Assembly (NCBI RefSeq): GCF_018350175.1
Contig: NC_058368.1
Location: forward strand, 63,676,001-63,740,000
Source: Felis catus
Lineage: Eukaryota
Length of the DNA: 64,000 bases
Direction of reading: 5' to 3'
Numbering within the stretch: the first letter of the stretch is position 1; the number at the start of each line of letters is the position of its first letter. A model generated the notes under the pieces. It had not been told where the DNA came from and did not search any database. It worked only from the letters and a program-made list of their open reading frames with translations. Below, piece after piece: positions 51,903 through 64,000 of this stretch. The position numbers were made by a program, and so were the translations under genes.

Positions 51903-52109
51903 ATTTTATTTTAATTAATTTTTTTTAAAGTTTATTTATTTTGAGAGAGAGAGAGGGAGAGAACATGAGTGGGGGAGGATTAGAGCGAGTGGGGGAGAGA
52001 GAATCCCAAGGAGGCTCTGTGCTGACAGTATCCCAAAACCGTGAGATCATGACCTGAGCCAAAATCATGAGTGGGGTACTTAACTGACTGAGCCACCCAG
52101 GCACCCCAC
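51903..52109 (-). mobile_element. CAN-SINE
   Basis: SINE body; TSD aatctg(c/t)atttta at 51891 and 52110. Confidence 0.93.
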
Positions 52110-52180
52110 AATCTGTATTTTAACAAATTTTCCCACAGGATTCCTCTGCTCATTGAAGTTTGAGAAGCTGAACAAACTTA
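52110..52180. mobile_element. MER5A-like MITE, right part
   Basis: aatctgtattttaacaaa...caggattcctctgctcattgaagtttgagaagc; the terminal tgagaagc is the reverse complement of gcttctca at ~43481. Confidence 0.75.
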
Positions 52181-52464
52181 AGCAATGCATCAACAGATCA
52201 GCAGTTGCTTTGAATGTAGGAGACATTCCTTGTAGCTGTCTTATGTAACCTTTCCCATGAGATCTCCAGAACTCAAACTATTGAAGTAATGTTGAGTTAT
52301 TCGTCTCTTCAGAGGCTCCTGTACTAATCTTGGCTTAAGAAATCTATAAAAACTGAGATAAAATTATATTTCACGGAGGACAAAAACATACATTACAATT
52401 TTGGAACTACTTGAAATATCAAGATCTGATCCTTGGTGGTGTGTAGCTAGTCGCCTAGCAAGAT

Positions 52465-52466
<2 letters not shown>

Positions 52467-52521
<55 letters not shown>

Positions 52522-52530
52522 CATATATAT
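52467..52530. repeat. (AT)n microsatellite
   Basis: Direct reading. Confidence 0.97.
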
Positions 52531-53081
52531 GAAGTCCTGAGTCATATGTCATATTGCTAGGAATAAATTAGAGGTATTATTGAGTGATGGAATGCAGCTG
52601 TGGTATTTTACTGCAGTACAAAGATGCATTATTTCTCAGAATTTTCCAAATATTTTCTCTTGAACATTGTGTAGGTTTGTTAAAGATTAGCATAAACTAG
52701 AAATGTCACCAGTGCTTATGTTAAAATCAATTTTACCTAGCAAGTCATATACAATATTTTATTTCTTCTTTAATGTAAGGTATATCCATGAATTTTTATA
52801 ACATAAAATATACACTGTAAACTATGTTAAAAATTAATACAAGTGAACCTGAGGCAGAATACAAAGAAAGTTGAGCAACAGACCAAAACATAGTTAAACT
52901 TTGGGACATAAAAGAGTCATTTTAAATTTGTAGGGAAAGATATTTTGTATAGTAATTGGAATTAGGCCAGTAGGCTAAACATTTATGAAAAACTAGAATT
53001 TTTACATCTCATATTATACCCTAAAATGATTTGTCCATCAATATTTCCAAACATTATTTTTATTAGCACCTATAAAGAGCC

Positions 53082-53086
<5 letters not shown>

Positions 53087-53130
<44 letters not shown>
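53087..53130. repeat. (AT)n microsatellite
   Basis: Direct reading. Confidence 0.97.
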
Positions 53131-53133
<3 letters not shown>

Positions 53134-54314
53134 TTTTTCACCCCTCCTTTCTGAAATTTTGATAACAAAGGCACAATCTGTATATCTCCTGATTAGAATT
53201 CGTGTTCAAGAATCTAGAAGGAGTAAAGGTTTAAATGTAACAAAATAATGAAAGAATAAAGTAAGACCTTAAGTGAATGTATGTAAGTAGGGTGATTAAG
53301 TCCCTTCAGAGGAAAATAATAAAAGACAAAATGCACAAAGCATATATTGATATATTAAAGTATGTATTTGAAAACCTTCTGAAGTATAAAAATCATCATA
53401 AATAATGTTAAAATTAGGTCTCTCTGTATCCATCTTGACAAATAGAAAGTTAACAGTGGTTACTTACTGAGTTTATTTATGCATTTAAAAATTTTCATCT
53501 ATACATTTTGTATAGTGAGCATTACTATCATAATCAGAAAACATTTAAAATGTATAGCTTTTAATGGAAAACTCAGGATCATGTTATTTAATCCACTCAC
53601 CTATGTCATAAGGATCTTACTATAATTTCCACTTGATATTTGAGAATGTATGGTTTGAAGCAGTTCCCCAGGCTCCAGCATTTAGTCAGTAAATGTTAGA
53701 GCTTGAATTTGAGCCCAGTAATCTCCAACTTTAAAGTGTTTGAAATTCCTATAATGGATGAGTTTTCTCTAAGTTACTTTTTAAAGCTTAGAGACATCAT
53801 CTGTGATTTCCAAACTCACCAGTCACAGTTCTGAAATTGTTTTGCTTCCATTGTGGGTGTGGTTTGATTGACCATTAGGAGGGATACATGCACTGATAAG
53901 CTTGGCATTCAGAATTCTTGATCCCTCTGGAATTGACATTTAGAGAGAATTAAGTCTCTTAGCCATATAAAGTGTTAATTAGAAAAGTATATAACTCTCT
54001 AATTAGATTCTATTATACATAAAGCCAATAACCTAATAAAAAAACCACACTAATTGCCTTAGTAGTTACTTTTGTTTTTCTAATTGATTCTTCTCTATCT
54101 TATCTCCCTTGTCTAATATTTAAGTCTGTATAAAATTACTCAATTTCTCATTGTACTTAGCTTTATTTCTAATGCTTCTGTTCTTTGCACTGCTCACAAG
54201 CAACTATTTTATAAAATAGTGGTGGTGATTTTAAGTCAGAGTTTATTTCATATACAGAGTTAATGTCAACTTTTAATTAATGATTAATATACAAACATAA
54301 CTAATGCCTTTTTT

Positions 54315-54541
54315 CTTTTTTTTTTAATTTTTTTTTCAACGTTTTTATTTATTTTTGGGACAGAGAGAGACAGAGCATGAACGGGGGAGGGGCAGAGAGA
54401 GAGGGAGACACAGAATTGGAAACAGGCTCCAGGCTCCGAGCCATCAGCCCAGAGCCTGATGCGGGGCTCAAACTCACGGACCGCGAGATCGTGACCTGGC
54501 TGAAGTCGGACGCTTAACCGATTGCGCCACCCAGGCGCCCC
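54315..54541 (-). mobile_element. Young felid CAN-SINE (CpG-intact)
   Basis: Near-identical to 18126-18352; TSD actaatgcctttttt at 54300-54314 and 54542-54556. Confidence 0.97.
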
Positions 54542-57500
54542 ACTAATGCCTTTTTTCTATACTTGGATAGAAACATTTCAATTTTAACCTGTAAATTCCT
54601 TGAATTGTCTCAAATACAGAAAAAAATTTAGAGGCTTTTCTGTTTTGTCTACTGGCAGAGAAATGGGGAGAAGAAAGGGATCTCACCACTAATAGAGAAT
54701 GTCCAGCATTCTTTTTGGTTTTCTTTTATTATACACTTTTTGTCTTGCCAACTAACAAAATAATTATGAAAATTTTGTGTGTAAAAATATATGCTTTACA
54801 CTATAAAGTAGAATATAATAATCTTGAATTAAAGGACAATTCCCCCAAGAAGTTATGTCTGTGAGGAATTCTTCATAACCTTACACCAACAGGACAGAAA
54901 TTTTACTTCTCAATATTGTACAACACCAGGTTTAAAGATTCAACTTATTTCAATTCTTATGGTATGCTTGTTTTTCTGACCTACAGTCACTCCCAATTCT
55001 TTGTTTTACTACTGTTGTTGTTAAAAATCTGGAGTCACAAAGGTATATTGGTGAAAATTGAAGGAAGTCTGTGAAACTTCACTTAATCGAGACATTCTGG
55101 CTGACAGTCATGAGAGAAGTTGAGGAACAAATGGACTCCATTATTTCTTAAATTCTGCTATAATTTCTCTGATGTTCTGGGAAGAAAGTGGGTGCCTGCA
55201 AACCAGGTTAACTATCAAGAGGTGGGCCGAACTTTATTCAAGTAAGGTCCAAGGATACACACCTTAGTCCCTAGTTTGCAAGGTAGAGCTATCAAGAGTT
55301 CATCTAATGATGAGGCAAATTCAGAGACAGATTCTTGTTTGTTGGCTCAGTTAGAAAACAGTGGTACAAACACATTTACCTGGGCGAGGTTTAAGATAGC
55401 TACTCTTAAAGTACTTTATTATTACACATTGTATTCATGCAGCTTACTAAGTGTAGATTACTTCTTGTCTCATCATTAGAACAATTCAGGGAAGATGGCT
55501 GCCATCATGAGAATTTTTCTAGGTTATTTCCTGGAATCATACATGCTAAGAAGTAATGAAGTGAGTATCTTTAGAGCCATTCACTATTTTCATTCAAAAA
55601 CACATTTAATGACTCACCACTATATAAAATGCCTTTTAAGAACTCTGAAGATAGCTGTAAGATAGCTGTCTATTCAATAAAGACTTGATATTCTTTCCTC
55701 TCAAATATTTGGACATGTAAAATTGTATATTGATAATGTTTTCTAGTAACTGCATCAGAATAGTTTCCTAATTATATATTAGCAAAACACGTTAAAATCA
55801 CTTTATATTTTTGAACAGTAGTCAAGATGGAAGTTAGACTTGGTTACAGATAACCTCCTCCATAGATAAATGTGGCAATTAAGTTGAAATGGACTCAAAT
55901 GAGAAAGTAAGTATTCTAGTAAAGATGGAAATTTGTCTTTCCTCAAAATTTTAGTGTGTGTGTGTGTGTGTGTATGTGTGTGTGCACGCGCATGCATGTA
56001 TGTACCTCTGCCTCTACTTATATCTTTCTCCACTTTGTCACTACTTCCTGCTACCTAGTTTGTCATCCTTACAAAGTAGATAAAAGCAGGAAACTGATGA
56101 AAGTTGTTTCAAAAACTGCTGCAACAATATGCTATATTCATGTCTAAATATTTATCCTATTCTTTTTTAAGTGCAGAAATTTAAAATTGGTAAATATGAT
56201 GTAAGAAACATTCAAAATATGTATGCATTTTGAGTACAGTCAAAGCTAAATTCTAATTTGTGATTTTGTTTTCTGGGACTCATTTGGAGCTAAGTAGCTC
56301 AAGAATGCAAATAGGAAATATGGAGGTTTGACTTCTAGTCTCTAATGAGCTATGTGACATCACAGGAATCACTTAAACTGTCTGGGCTTTAGTTTCCAAG
56401 GTATAAAAATAAGATATTATTTAGTTCTAACATACTTTGTAATTCTGACAGTCTAGGAGGTGGAAGTAAACCATAGTGATGGCTCAGGCAATGGCAAGTG
56501 TCATAATCAGGTGACACATTAATGGAAATACAGGAGACAAAGATAGTTTCCTGGAGTTTGAGTCTGTGGGTCAACAATATGGCCAGCAAGGAATCAATTA
56601 TTCAAACATTGATATTAAAAGTCTCTTTAATCAAGAAGTTAAGAATGGATATGCCATCAGAAAACAGTTTATCAGAAATCAGAGCAAAAATACTAGAAAG
56701 CCATAGGGAAGCTGTATCAAGAGGAAGAATGTCATATGTACATGCCTACTACTATGCAGTAAGCATTAATTTTATTTTTGCCTCTGATTTGCCAGGAACG
56801 TAAAAGAGTTTCCCCCAATACATACATAAATTATCTGAATTGTGAGGTTTAGGTAATTTGCCCAGTATCACATTAAATCATAACTTGGGCACTGGCCACA
56901 TTCTAATCCTAATACTGACTACAGCAGTTATCGCCAAGCCTAATTGGACCTTGGACTTACCTAGGTGCAGTTTAAAAATACAGATTTCTAGGCACATCAT
57001 CGTGGACTACTGGCACCAAAACTCTGGCATGAAGCTGTGGAATTTGTTTTGCTAGAGAGTTCTCCAAAAAACTTTGCCGCCAGCCTACTTTGAGAAAGAT
57101 GGTGGTCCAAAGTCCATGCAGAAAAGAAAGAGGACTGAGGAATAGTAGCTACATGTACTGCAGTCTATAACATTAGATGATTTAGGCAGTTTTTGACCAT
57201 AATTTCTGAAGTTTTACTTTCTATGAATATTCTGGTTCTGTCTCAAACCCTATAGCCCTTCATCCTCCAACTATTTTACTGCATTGAAATTGTGGGTGAC
57301 TATTCACATCCAAAAATTAAAAAAAAAACAAAAACACCCATTTTTTTTTCTTCCTTTCTTGGAAAAAATTACCTTAAATTATAGTATGAAATATATGTTT
57401 CTAACTGTAATCATTGAAATACATGAAATATAAACCCCACATGAGTCAGATTCTGTTTGTTCCATGAATTTGAAGCTTACTGCTAATTGACACTTTCAGA

Positions 57501-58274
57501 AGTCTTAACACCGCCCATTTAAAGATAGAGCACATTGAAAACGCACTTTTAAAAGAGCTATTTGCAACTGGATAATAGGGATGTGGAGAATAACAGACCT
57601 ATATAAGAAAATACACTTTTAGCTAGCTTAGAATTTTTTTCCCTAGGAGAGCACATTTTATATACATGTTAAAACTATACTCACTGGCAGAAAAGTTCTG
57701 TTGACTAGCTGTATGATGGTTAATTCAATAGCCTGCAGCTTTTTTGTTCCTCTCTATATGTTAATTGGTCATTCCTTAAAAAGTTTTTTTTTAGTTTTGA
57801 TGAAATAGAAAATGTGTGATGCCAATTTGGTGGCTACAAAATGAGAATGTAGTGACTTTTTCCATTACTAATATTTTGAGTAATGGGGCTATTTTCTTTA
57901 AGAGTATGCTTATAAGTGGCAATACATTTGAAAACCTATTTTTATACTATATCCATTATGGTTCTCATGTTTTCTAGTTGCCACATCACTTTCAGTGCCT
58001 AAAACAGTTCTAAGAGAATAGGACTGAATATAACTGAAGCGGTATTAAATAAGGTTATTTAAATGCCAGTAATTCAGTAATTGAGGCCACCTTTATTCAG
58101 AAGAAAAACTGGTAATGTAAAAATATCAATGAAGAAGTAGGGAGATATGTTCTGAATTTTCTCATTCAATAATAATTTAGGCAAAGCCAGAAGATAAAAA
58201 TAGGCAGGGAAATGTAAAAGAAACAGAAAGAACTAAAACTACTTAAAATAAGCGAATTGGGAGAAAGTACTTGC

Positions 58275-58610
58275 TGTATCGGTCAGGTTCCCAGCAGGTA
58301 ACAGCACTAAGTGTCAGGACTTTTGAGGAGAATTCTCAGTTTCCAAAGGTGTGTGCCAAATTCAAGGTACGCTAGGGGTTGCTAAGTCACTGGGGGCTTA
58401 GCAGCATGAGGAAGACCTTACCCTGGGTGCCCACGTCGGGGGATGGGGAGTGTTGGGGGGGGAGGGGAAGAGATGTCTTACTGGAGCCTGCTGAGAGCGG
58501 GCTCGGTGGAAAGGGGCCCCTTCTGCCACAAACCACTGCCATAAAGATATATAGCCAGTCTGGAGTCTTGCAGAAACACAGCAGGAAGCAGAATTCTCCT
58601 GTCCTTGCCT
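58275..58610 (-). mobile_element. Probable old ERV-L LTR fragment
   Basis: tgtatcggtcaggttcccagcagg is a typical reverse-complement ERV-L LTR 3' terminus. Confidence 0.5.
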
Positions 58611-59235
58611 TCTATGGGCAAGCTCAACTGGAAGCCACCAACTCAAAGTTCTAAATGTCTTGAATTTGCATATAACTTTCCATGTCACCCTTTGCAGATG
58701 CACAGTTGATTGCTTACAGCTTTCAGCCTGTGGTCCTCTGTCTGCACTTATTTTTCATTTGCATATGGAAAAAATTCTTTATGTTTTCCTCCTTTATTTG
58801 TGTCAGAATCTTTGCATAGATTTTATATTCCAAGTCCTCTCCTTGCCCACTCCCCCCTGCGGGGGGCTCTACTACCCAGGCTTCTGTTTCCCAGAAAATA
58901 ATGTGATCCTTGGTTCTTATCTCCTTTGGCACTATCTGGATTCTACTGTTACTGTTTGCTGTTTCTCTTCCTCTCTTCCTCCATGTACTGTCCAGAAGCC
59001 TTCAGACTGATTGTCCTCTTAGACTCCTAACTGTGACAGGCTTCTGTTATTATTATGAAACTATGTCTGAAAGAAAATGGCATTGGTAGGGTTATGAGAT
59101 TCCTCTTCCAAATGCTTGTTACCTTGAGCTCCTAACCAACTGTTGATTTCATAGTAGCTCTAACATGAGCACTTTCTGTCTTTTCCATGAGCTCCAGACA
59201 CCCTGAACTCTTATATCAACACAGCGGAGGCTATA

Positions 59236-59785
59236 TGTGATGATTTAAAATATGTCCACAAATTCGTTGATACTTCTTTTGAAAGTTGGAGCCTAATTCT
59301 GCTCCCTTTGAGAATGAGCTGGATTTAGTGACTTGTTTCTGATAAATAGAATGAGGCAGAAATGATAGTGTGTGATTTCTGTGTTTAGGTCACTAAAGAC
59401 ATGGTGGCTTCTGTCTTTCTCTCATCTTGGGTCACTTATTCAGGGATAAGCCAGCTGCCATGTTAGGATGTTTAAGCAGGCTTCGGAGAGGTCCTCGTAG
59501 CAAGTGACAAGCCTTCTGTCCTAGCAGCGAGGAACTGAGGCCGTCTGCCTAAACCATGTGAGAGAGCCATCTGGGAAGGACATCTTCCAGTGTGGTCAGG
59601 CCTTCAAATGCAGCAGCCTCAGCTGACGTCTTCACTGCAGTCTCTTGAGAGACACAAGCCAGAACCACTTAGCTAAACTACTCACAAATTCTTGATCCAC
59701 CAAAGTTGTGAGATTATAAATGTCCATTGTTTTCAAACTAGGAAAACTGGGACAATTCCTTATATAGCACCAGATTAGTAATACA
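59236..59785 (+). mobile_element. MaLR solo LTR (MLT1F-like)
   Basis: tgtgatgatttaaaatatgtccacaaatt...gccagctgccatgt...gaggaactgaggcc...gccagaaccacttagctaa...gattagtaataca (TG...CA termini). Confidence 0.85.
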
Positions 59786-60862
59786 CTGCATTTGTTTTTA
59801 TTTGTTTTGTTTTGTTTTGTTTTGTTTTCCCAGAATTTACTGTTACCTTTGTCATTTCACTACCCTCTCTCAGCAGAATTTTTGCTCATGTCCCACGACA
59901 TTCTTCCTGGAAGGGAAGCTTGGTTCAAATTTCACTATATTCCTCGAAGTGATTTGTGTGAATTTCACAGTTACTATATTTTAGGATGAGGAAAGAATTC
60001 CCTTTCTTTTCTTCATTTGTTTCTAGAAGGAAAAATGTACAGTCTCTGATTTTGAGTGTTCTGCCTCTTTATGTCCTACGCAAATGCTTGAGATCTATTT
60101 CTAAAATGTTTCCTAAATTAAGTAATGAATTAATTTGCATTTTAAAGTCTTACTCTTGTAAACAAACAAAACAAAAAGTTTCTGTCTCCTTTTACAGTTC
60201 TTTTAAGGTCTCAGGAAGGTCTGTGACATTTGCCATTCATTCTCATACCTGTGGTTTAACCACGGACACCCACTTGTTTCCCTCAGAGATCATGGCATTA
60301 TATATCCACTCCAGATAGCTCTTTAGCCTGGAAGCTCTTAGCCTTTAGCTCTTAACCTTAACACTTGATCTTTCAGACCTCATCTCCAATGTCATCTTCT
60401 TTATCTACTCATCTTGTCATTTCCCATCCCCTTACCCTTTTGGACCTCAGCTTTATGCATGCGTGCTTTATGGGAGTGCCTGTGACATCTTAGTGTGCTT
60501 ATTTGCCCACATGTCTTTCCCTTCTAGTCAGTGCCGTCAGGGGAGTGGATCAGGTGTGATCCACATTTCTGACCTCAGCTCTGTCATGTATCACATGATC
60601 CATGTTAAGTACTTCCTGGCTCTTCACGCATTTTCCTTGTGCATCTTAGTGTTCTTCCTTCTGAGGCCCTTACAGAGTTTGCATCATGCTATCGGTCTGT
60701 ACTTTTCTTTGCTAACCTGTAAGAGCTTCCAAATTAGAGCCTTACAATGCTTTCAGGGTAATTCTTGGGTGATAAGTTTGTATCAAAGAAGCGACATAAT
60801 ATTTCAATTTAGCATAATTAATCTCAATTCTTAAGGTTCACACTATAAAACTTTTTACTGCT

Positions 60863-61030
60863 CTTAGTTTCAGCTCAGGTCATGATCTTGCAGTTCATGA
60901 GTTTGAGCCCTGTGTCAGGCTCTGCACTCATAGTGCGGAGCCTGCTTAGGACTCTCTCTCTCTCCCTCTCTGCCCCTCTCCCACTGTGCATGTGTTCTCT
61001 CTCTCTTTCTCTCTCTCAAAATAAATATAT
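60863..61030 (+). mobile_element. CAN-SINE, 5'-truncated
   Basis: tttcagctcaggtcatgatcttgcagttcatgagtttgagccc...(CT)n caaaataaat. Confidence 0.9.
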
Positions 61031-62449
61031 TTATATAAGTTTATTAAGTTATAAAAAACACTTAAACTTTTCAGTGGAAAATGTATATAACCGAACAGAT
61101 TAAAGAGTATTTTCTTCCATAACATATTATATGAGTAAAAATAATTACTTTTTCTTGAAGGAAATTTTTAGCAGCCTTTCCTAGACTTTGGGAATTTTTC
61201 TTTAGCTTTTTTCCATGAGATCTAGCCACAGGTATTCTGGCTTTTTTCCTATCTCAGATTCCCCCCTTCTATTCTAAGCTCCCACCCTCCCCTCTTTCTG
61301 TTCCCTGCCAAGGACTATTCTTACAGTTAGAAGCCTGTGGAGTTCTTTATTATGCTGCCTGTATTCATTAATTATACACGTGAGATGTGTGTGTTCAATT
61401 TTTACCGTGTAGTATGTGCAATATTCTATGTACTCTAAAAAAAAAGCTTAAGAGATTTTTAGAGAAAATTAGATGTAGATAAGTAATCAGAGTGAAATGA
61501 ATATAACATCATCTTGGTCCCCTGATTATTGGCTCTGGGAACTTCGATTGTTACTATGGATTCTACATTTTGTTTTCTACTCTGATTTCTGACTTTCTGC
61601 CAGGACTGACTCATCTCCCTTCCATCTTAGATCTTGATTCATCTCAGATTTTACTGCAGTCTCTCTGACTTAACTTATAATGACAGGACTGGTGTGCTGG
61701 TCCCCTTTCTAGCTTTAGCTATTGCTTGTGTCAAAACTCATTTCTGAGAAGGATATATATTCACTCACATATTTTATAATTGCATATTCATTTGTAGCAT
61801 TAATCCACTTCTATTTAAAATATTTATAATTACCATTCTGCACAGTTTGTGAGGCCATTATGCTCTAAAATGATTAAATTATCAGTGTAGAATATTGACA
61901 ATTGAAACTAAACCTCTCAATAACTAGCTTAATATGAAGAAAAATTTAAAATTTCACACATGTGCTGTGTGCACACACACGCACCCCCCCCCCCCACACA
62001 CATTTCCCAACAAACATACATGAGGGACTGGATAAATTAGAGTAATCTTTTACTGAGAAGAATTAGCAAATCCCCAAACCCTACACAAACATTTGCTTGA
62101 AGGCATCAGAGAGCTAGCATATAAATAATTATAGGGCCAAACTCCAAGAGAAAAATGAAACCCATAATGATAAGCTTGGCTTGGAGAGGCTTTTCCCCTT
62201 GTGTGTCCAGATTCTGGAAGAGGCAATTGAGAGGCTAAGATTACTTGCAAAGATTTTGACAGATTCACTGTGCTAGGAGAACAAAAGTTGGAAGTTAGAA
62301 CTTGCCAAGGCAGGCTTTTGGACTCCAAAGCCTATACTCTAGGAATAAGCTTATAGTAGAAAAAGAACTGTTTCTCCTAAGTGTGTAAACCAAGCATTGT
62401 ATAATCATAATTTCTGATTATATCAAGGTTATATAGGCTTCCTAATATT

Positions 62450-63470
62450 CCCAGCAAACTCCAAAAATCAAAAGAAAGTATTCTCGGCAGAGGGATAATG
62501 TTATCTTAGGTTGCAAATTATGTCTTTAATTTTCCACATAAAATATCTGGCACTCAAAGAAACAAACAAAAATAGACATATGAGAATACAGGAGAACAGG
62601 ATAGAAAACCAAAGAAACAGACTTATAGAACTTTCAGATAATGAAAATATCAAGCATAAACTTAGGGAAAAATGTTGTATGATAATTTTTAGGGAAAGGA
62701 AAGACAAGATTCAGATTCTAGGTAGAGGCATGGGAAATGTAAAAAAGAAACAAATGGGAAATTTTATTTTATTTTATTATTTTATTTTATTACAAATGGG
62801 AAATTTAGACTGAAAAATAACCACATGAAGACTATGATGGATGAGTTTAACAGCAGACTAGATGAAGCTGAAGGATTGATTAGTAAATTATAATATCCAT
62901 CAAAACAAAATATTCAGAGAGATAAAAGGATGGGAAATATATAAAAGAGTGGTGAGAAAAATTAACATTTCTATTAAGAATCTCAAAAGGAGAGAGCAAG
63001 AGAAGGGGCAGAAACAGTACGCAAAAGAACAGAGTTGAGGAATTTTGACAAAGGGTGAAAGACATCAGACTATAAATGAACCCTAAATGGACTCAATAAA
63101 AAGAAAATCATACCTAACCCAACATAGTAAAACTGGTGAAAACCAAAGACAAAGAAAAGAATTCTTAACATGTAAGGGGCAGTGATAAGATTAGCAGTTA
63201 GTCAACAGTCAAAAGAAAAAAAGAGAAACCAGTAGACAATGAAATGTTAATGGAATAAGTGAAAATAACTATAAACCTAGAATTCTATACACATCAAAAA
63301 TATCCTTCAAGATGAAACATAGCCATATTTTTTTAGACAAATAAGGGACACATTTAAAAATAGGTCTGTTATTTAGGCTGAAAGAAAAATGATCACCTAT
63401 AGAAACTAAGAAATGTAGGAAGGACTGAGGAGCCGTAAAAAACTAAATATATGGATACATTTAAAATAAT
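62450..63470 (+). mobile_element. Ancient L1M/HAL1 ORF1 remnant
   Basis: A-rich; gatggatgagtttaacagcagactagatgaagctgaa (coiled-coil region) and aacctagaattctatac (PRILY motif). Confidence 0.65.
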
Positions 63471-63485
63471 ACTCTGCAGGAAAGT

Positions 63486-64000
63486 GTTATCATAGCAGGC
63501 CTGTTACTACTATCCTTAGAGAAGTCTGCTTGCAAGACTGGCCTTTGGCTGGCCTCTGGGAACTTGGCTGGTAAACAGTTCCTTACACTTATAGAAAACT
63601 TTCTGAAATTGTAACAGTTCACTATTGCTGGGATGTTTATATGAATAACAAGATTTATGCTGAATATCTCACTTCCTCATGAGAGATTGGAATTTTGGCA
63701 CAAGCTTGGCAGAAAGTGCCTATGTGACCAGCCTCTAATAAACCAGTCAAACAACCCCATGGGCCTTGGTCACTGAGTCTCTAGTGAGTTTCCATGAATA
63801 GAAACAATGTGCATATGTTGCTGCATTTTCATTGTTGAGGAAAAAGTACACTCTATGCAACCTCTTTGGGAGGGAGAAGAGCGCCAGGAGATCTAAGTGT
63901 GAATTCCTTCAGACCCTGCCCACTTCTTTACATTACAATCCTGCTCCATGTACTTTCTACAGAGACTTAAGAAATCTTTGCTGTGAGCACAGCTATATGC
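63486..64000 (+). mobile_element. LTR, MER21-like; runs off the window
   Basis: gcttgcaagactggcctttggctggcctctgggaacttgg...gtgcctatgtgaccagcctctaataaa...cactgagtctctagtgagtttcc (from recall of MER21). Confidence 0.7.

Noticed and set aside
1..64000. CRISPR arrays, operons or prokaryotic defence systems
   Set aside because: The sequence is mammalian; there are no regularly spaced repeats or dense coding regions.

Overview
AT-rich mammalian genomic DNA, almost certainly from a felid. It carries about 20 carnivore tRNA-derived SINEs (CAN-SINE/SINEC, including three near-identical CpG-intact young copies), several LINE-1s, ERV-L/MaLR LTRs, a split MER5 and MIR relics. I recognise no protein-coding exon; the recognisable ORF-track entries are L1, SINE or microsatellite artefacts. 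SINEs (17 of 20) and the large younger L1s lie on the minus strand, which suggests a large intron of a plus-strand gene. Main observations: (1) two independent L1 derivatives of about 3.5 kb, each flanked by a target-site duplication (TSD), keep 5'UTR, ORF1 and 3' end but lack reverse transcriptase (3775-7403, half-L1-like; 45968-49506, in-frame endonuclease/C-terminus fusion), and are candidate non-autonomous felid L1 families; (2) a tailless U4 snRNA retrocopy (nt 1-61) with a perfect 17-bp TSD; (3) two target sites hit twice, each leaving three TSD copies; (4) template-switch and duplication scars inside L1s. Repeat subfamily names come from my recall of consensus sequences, not from a database search, and old-repeat boundaries are approximate.
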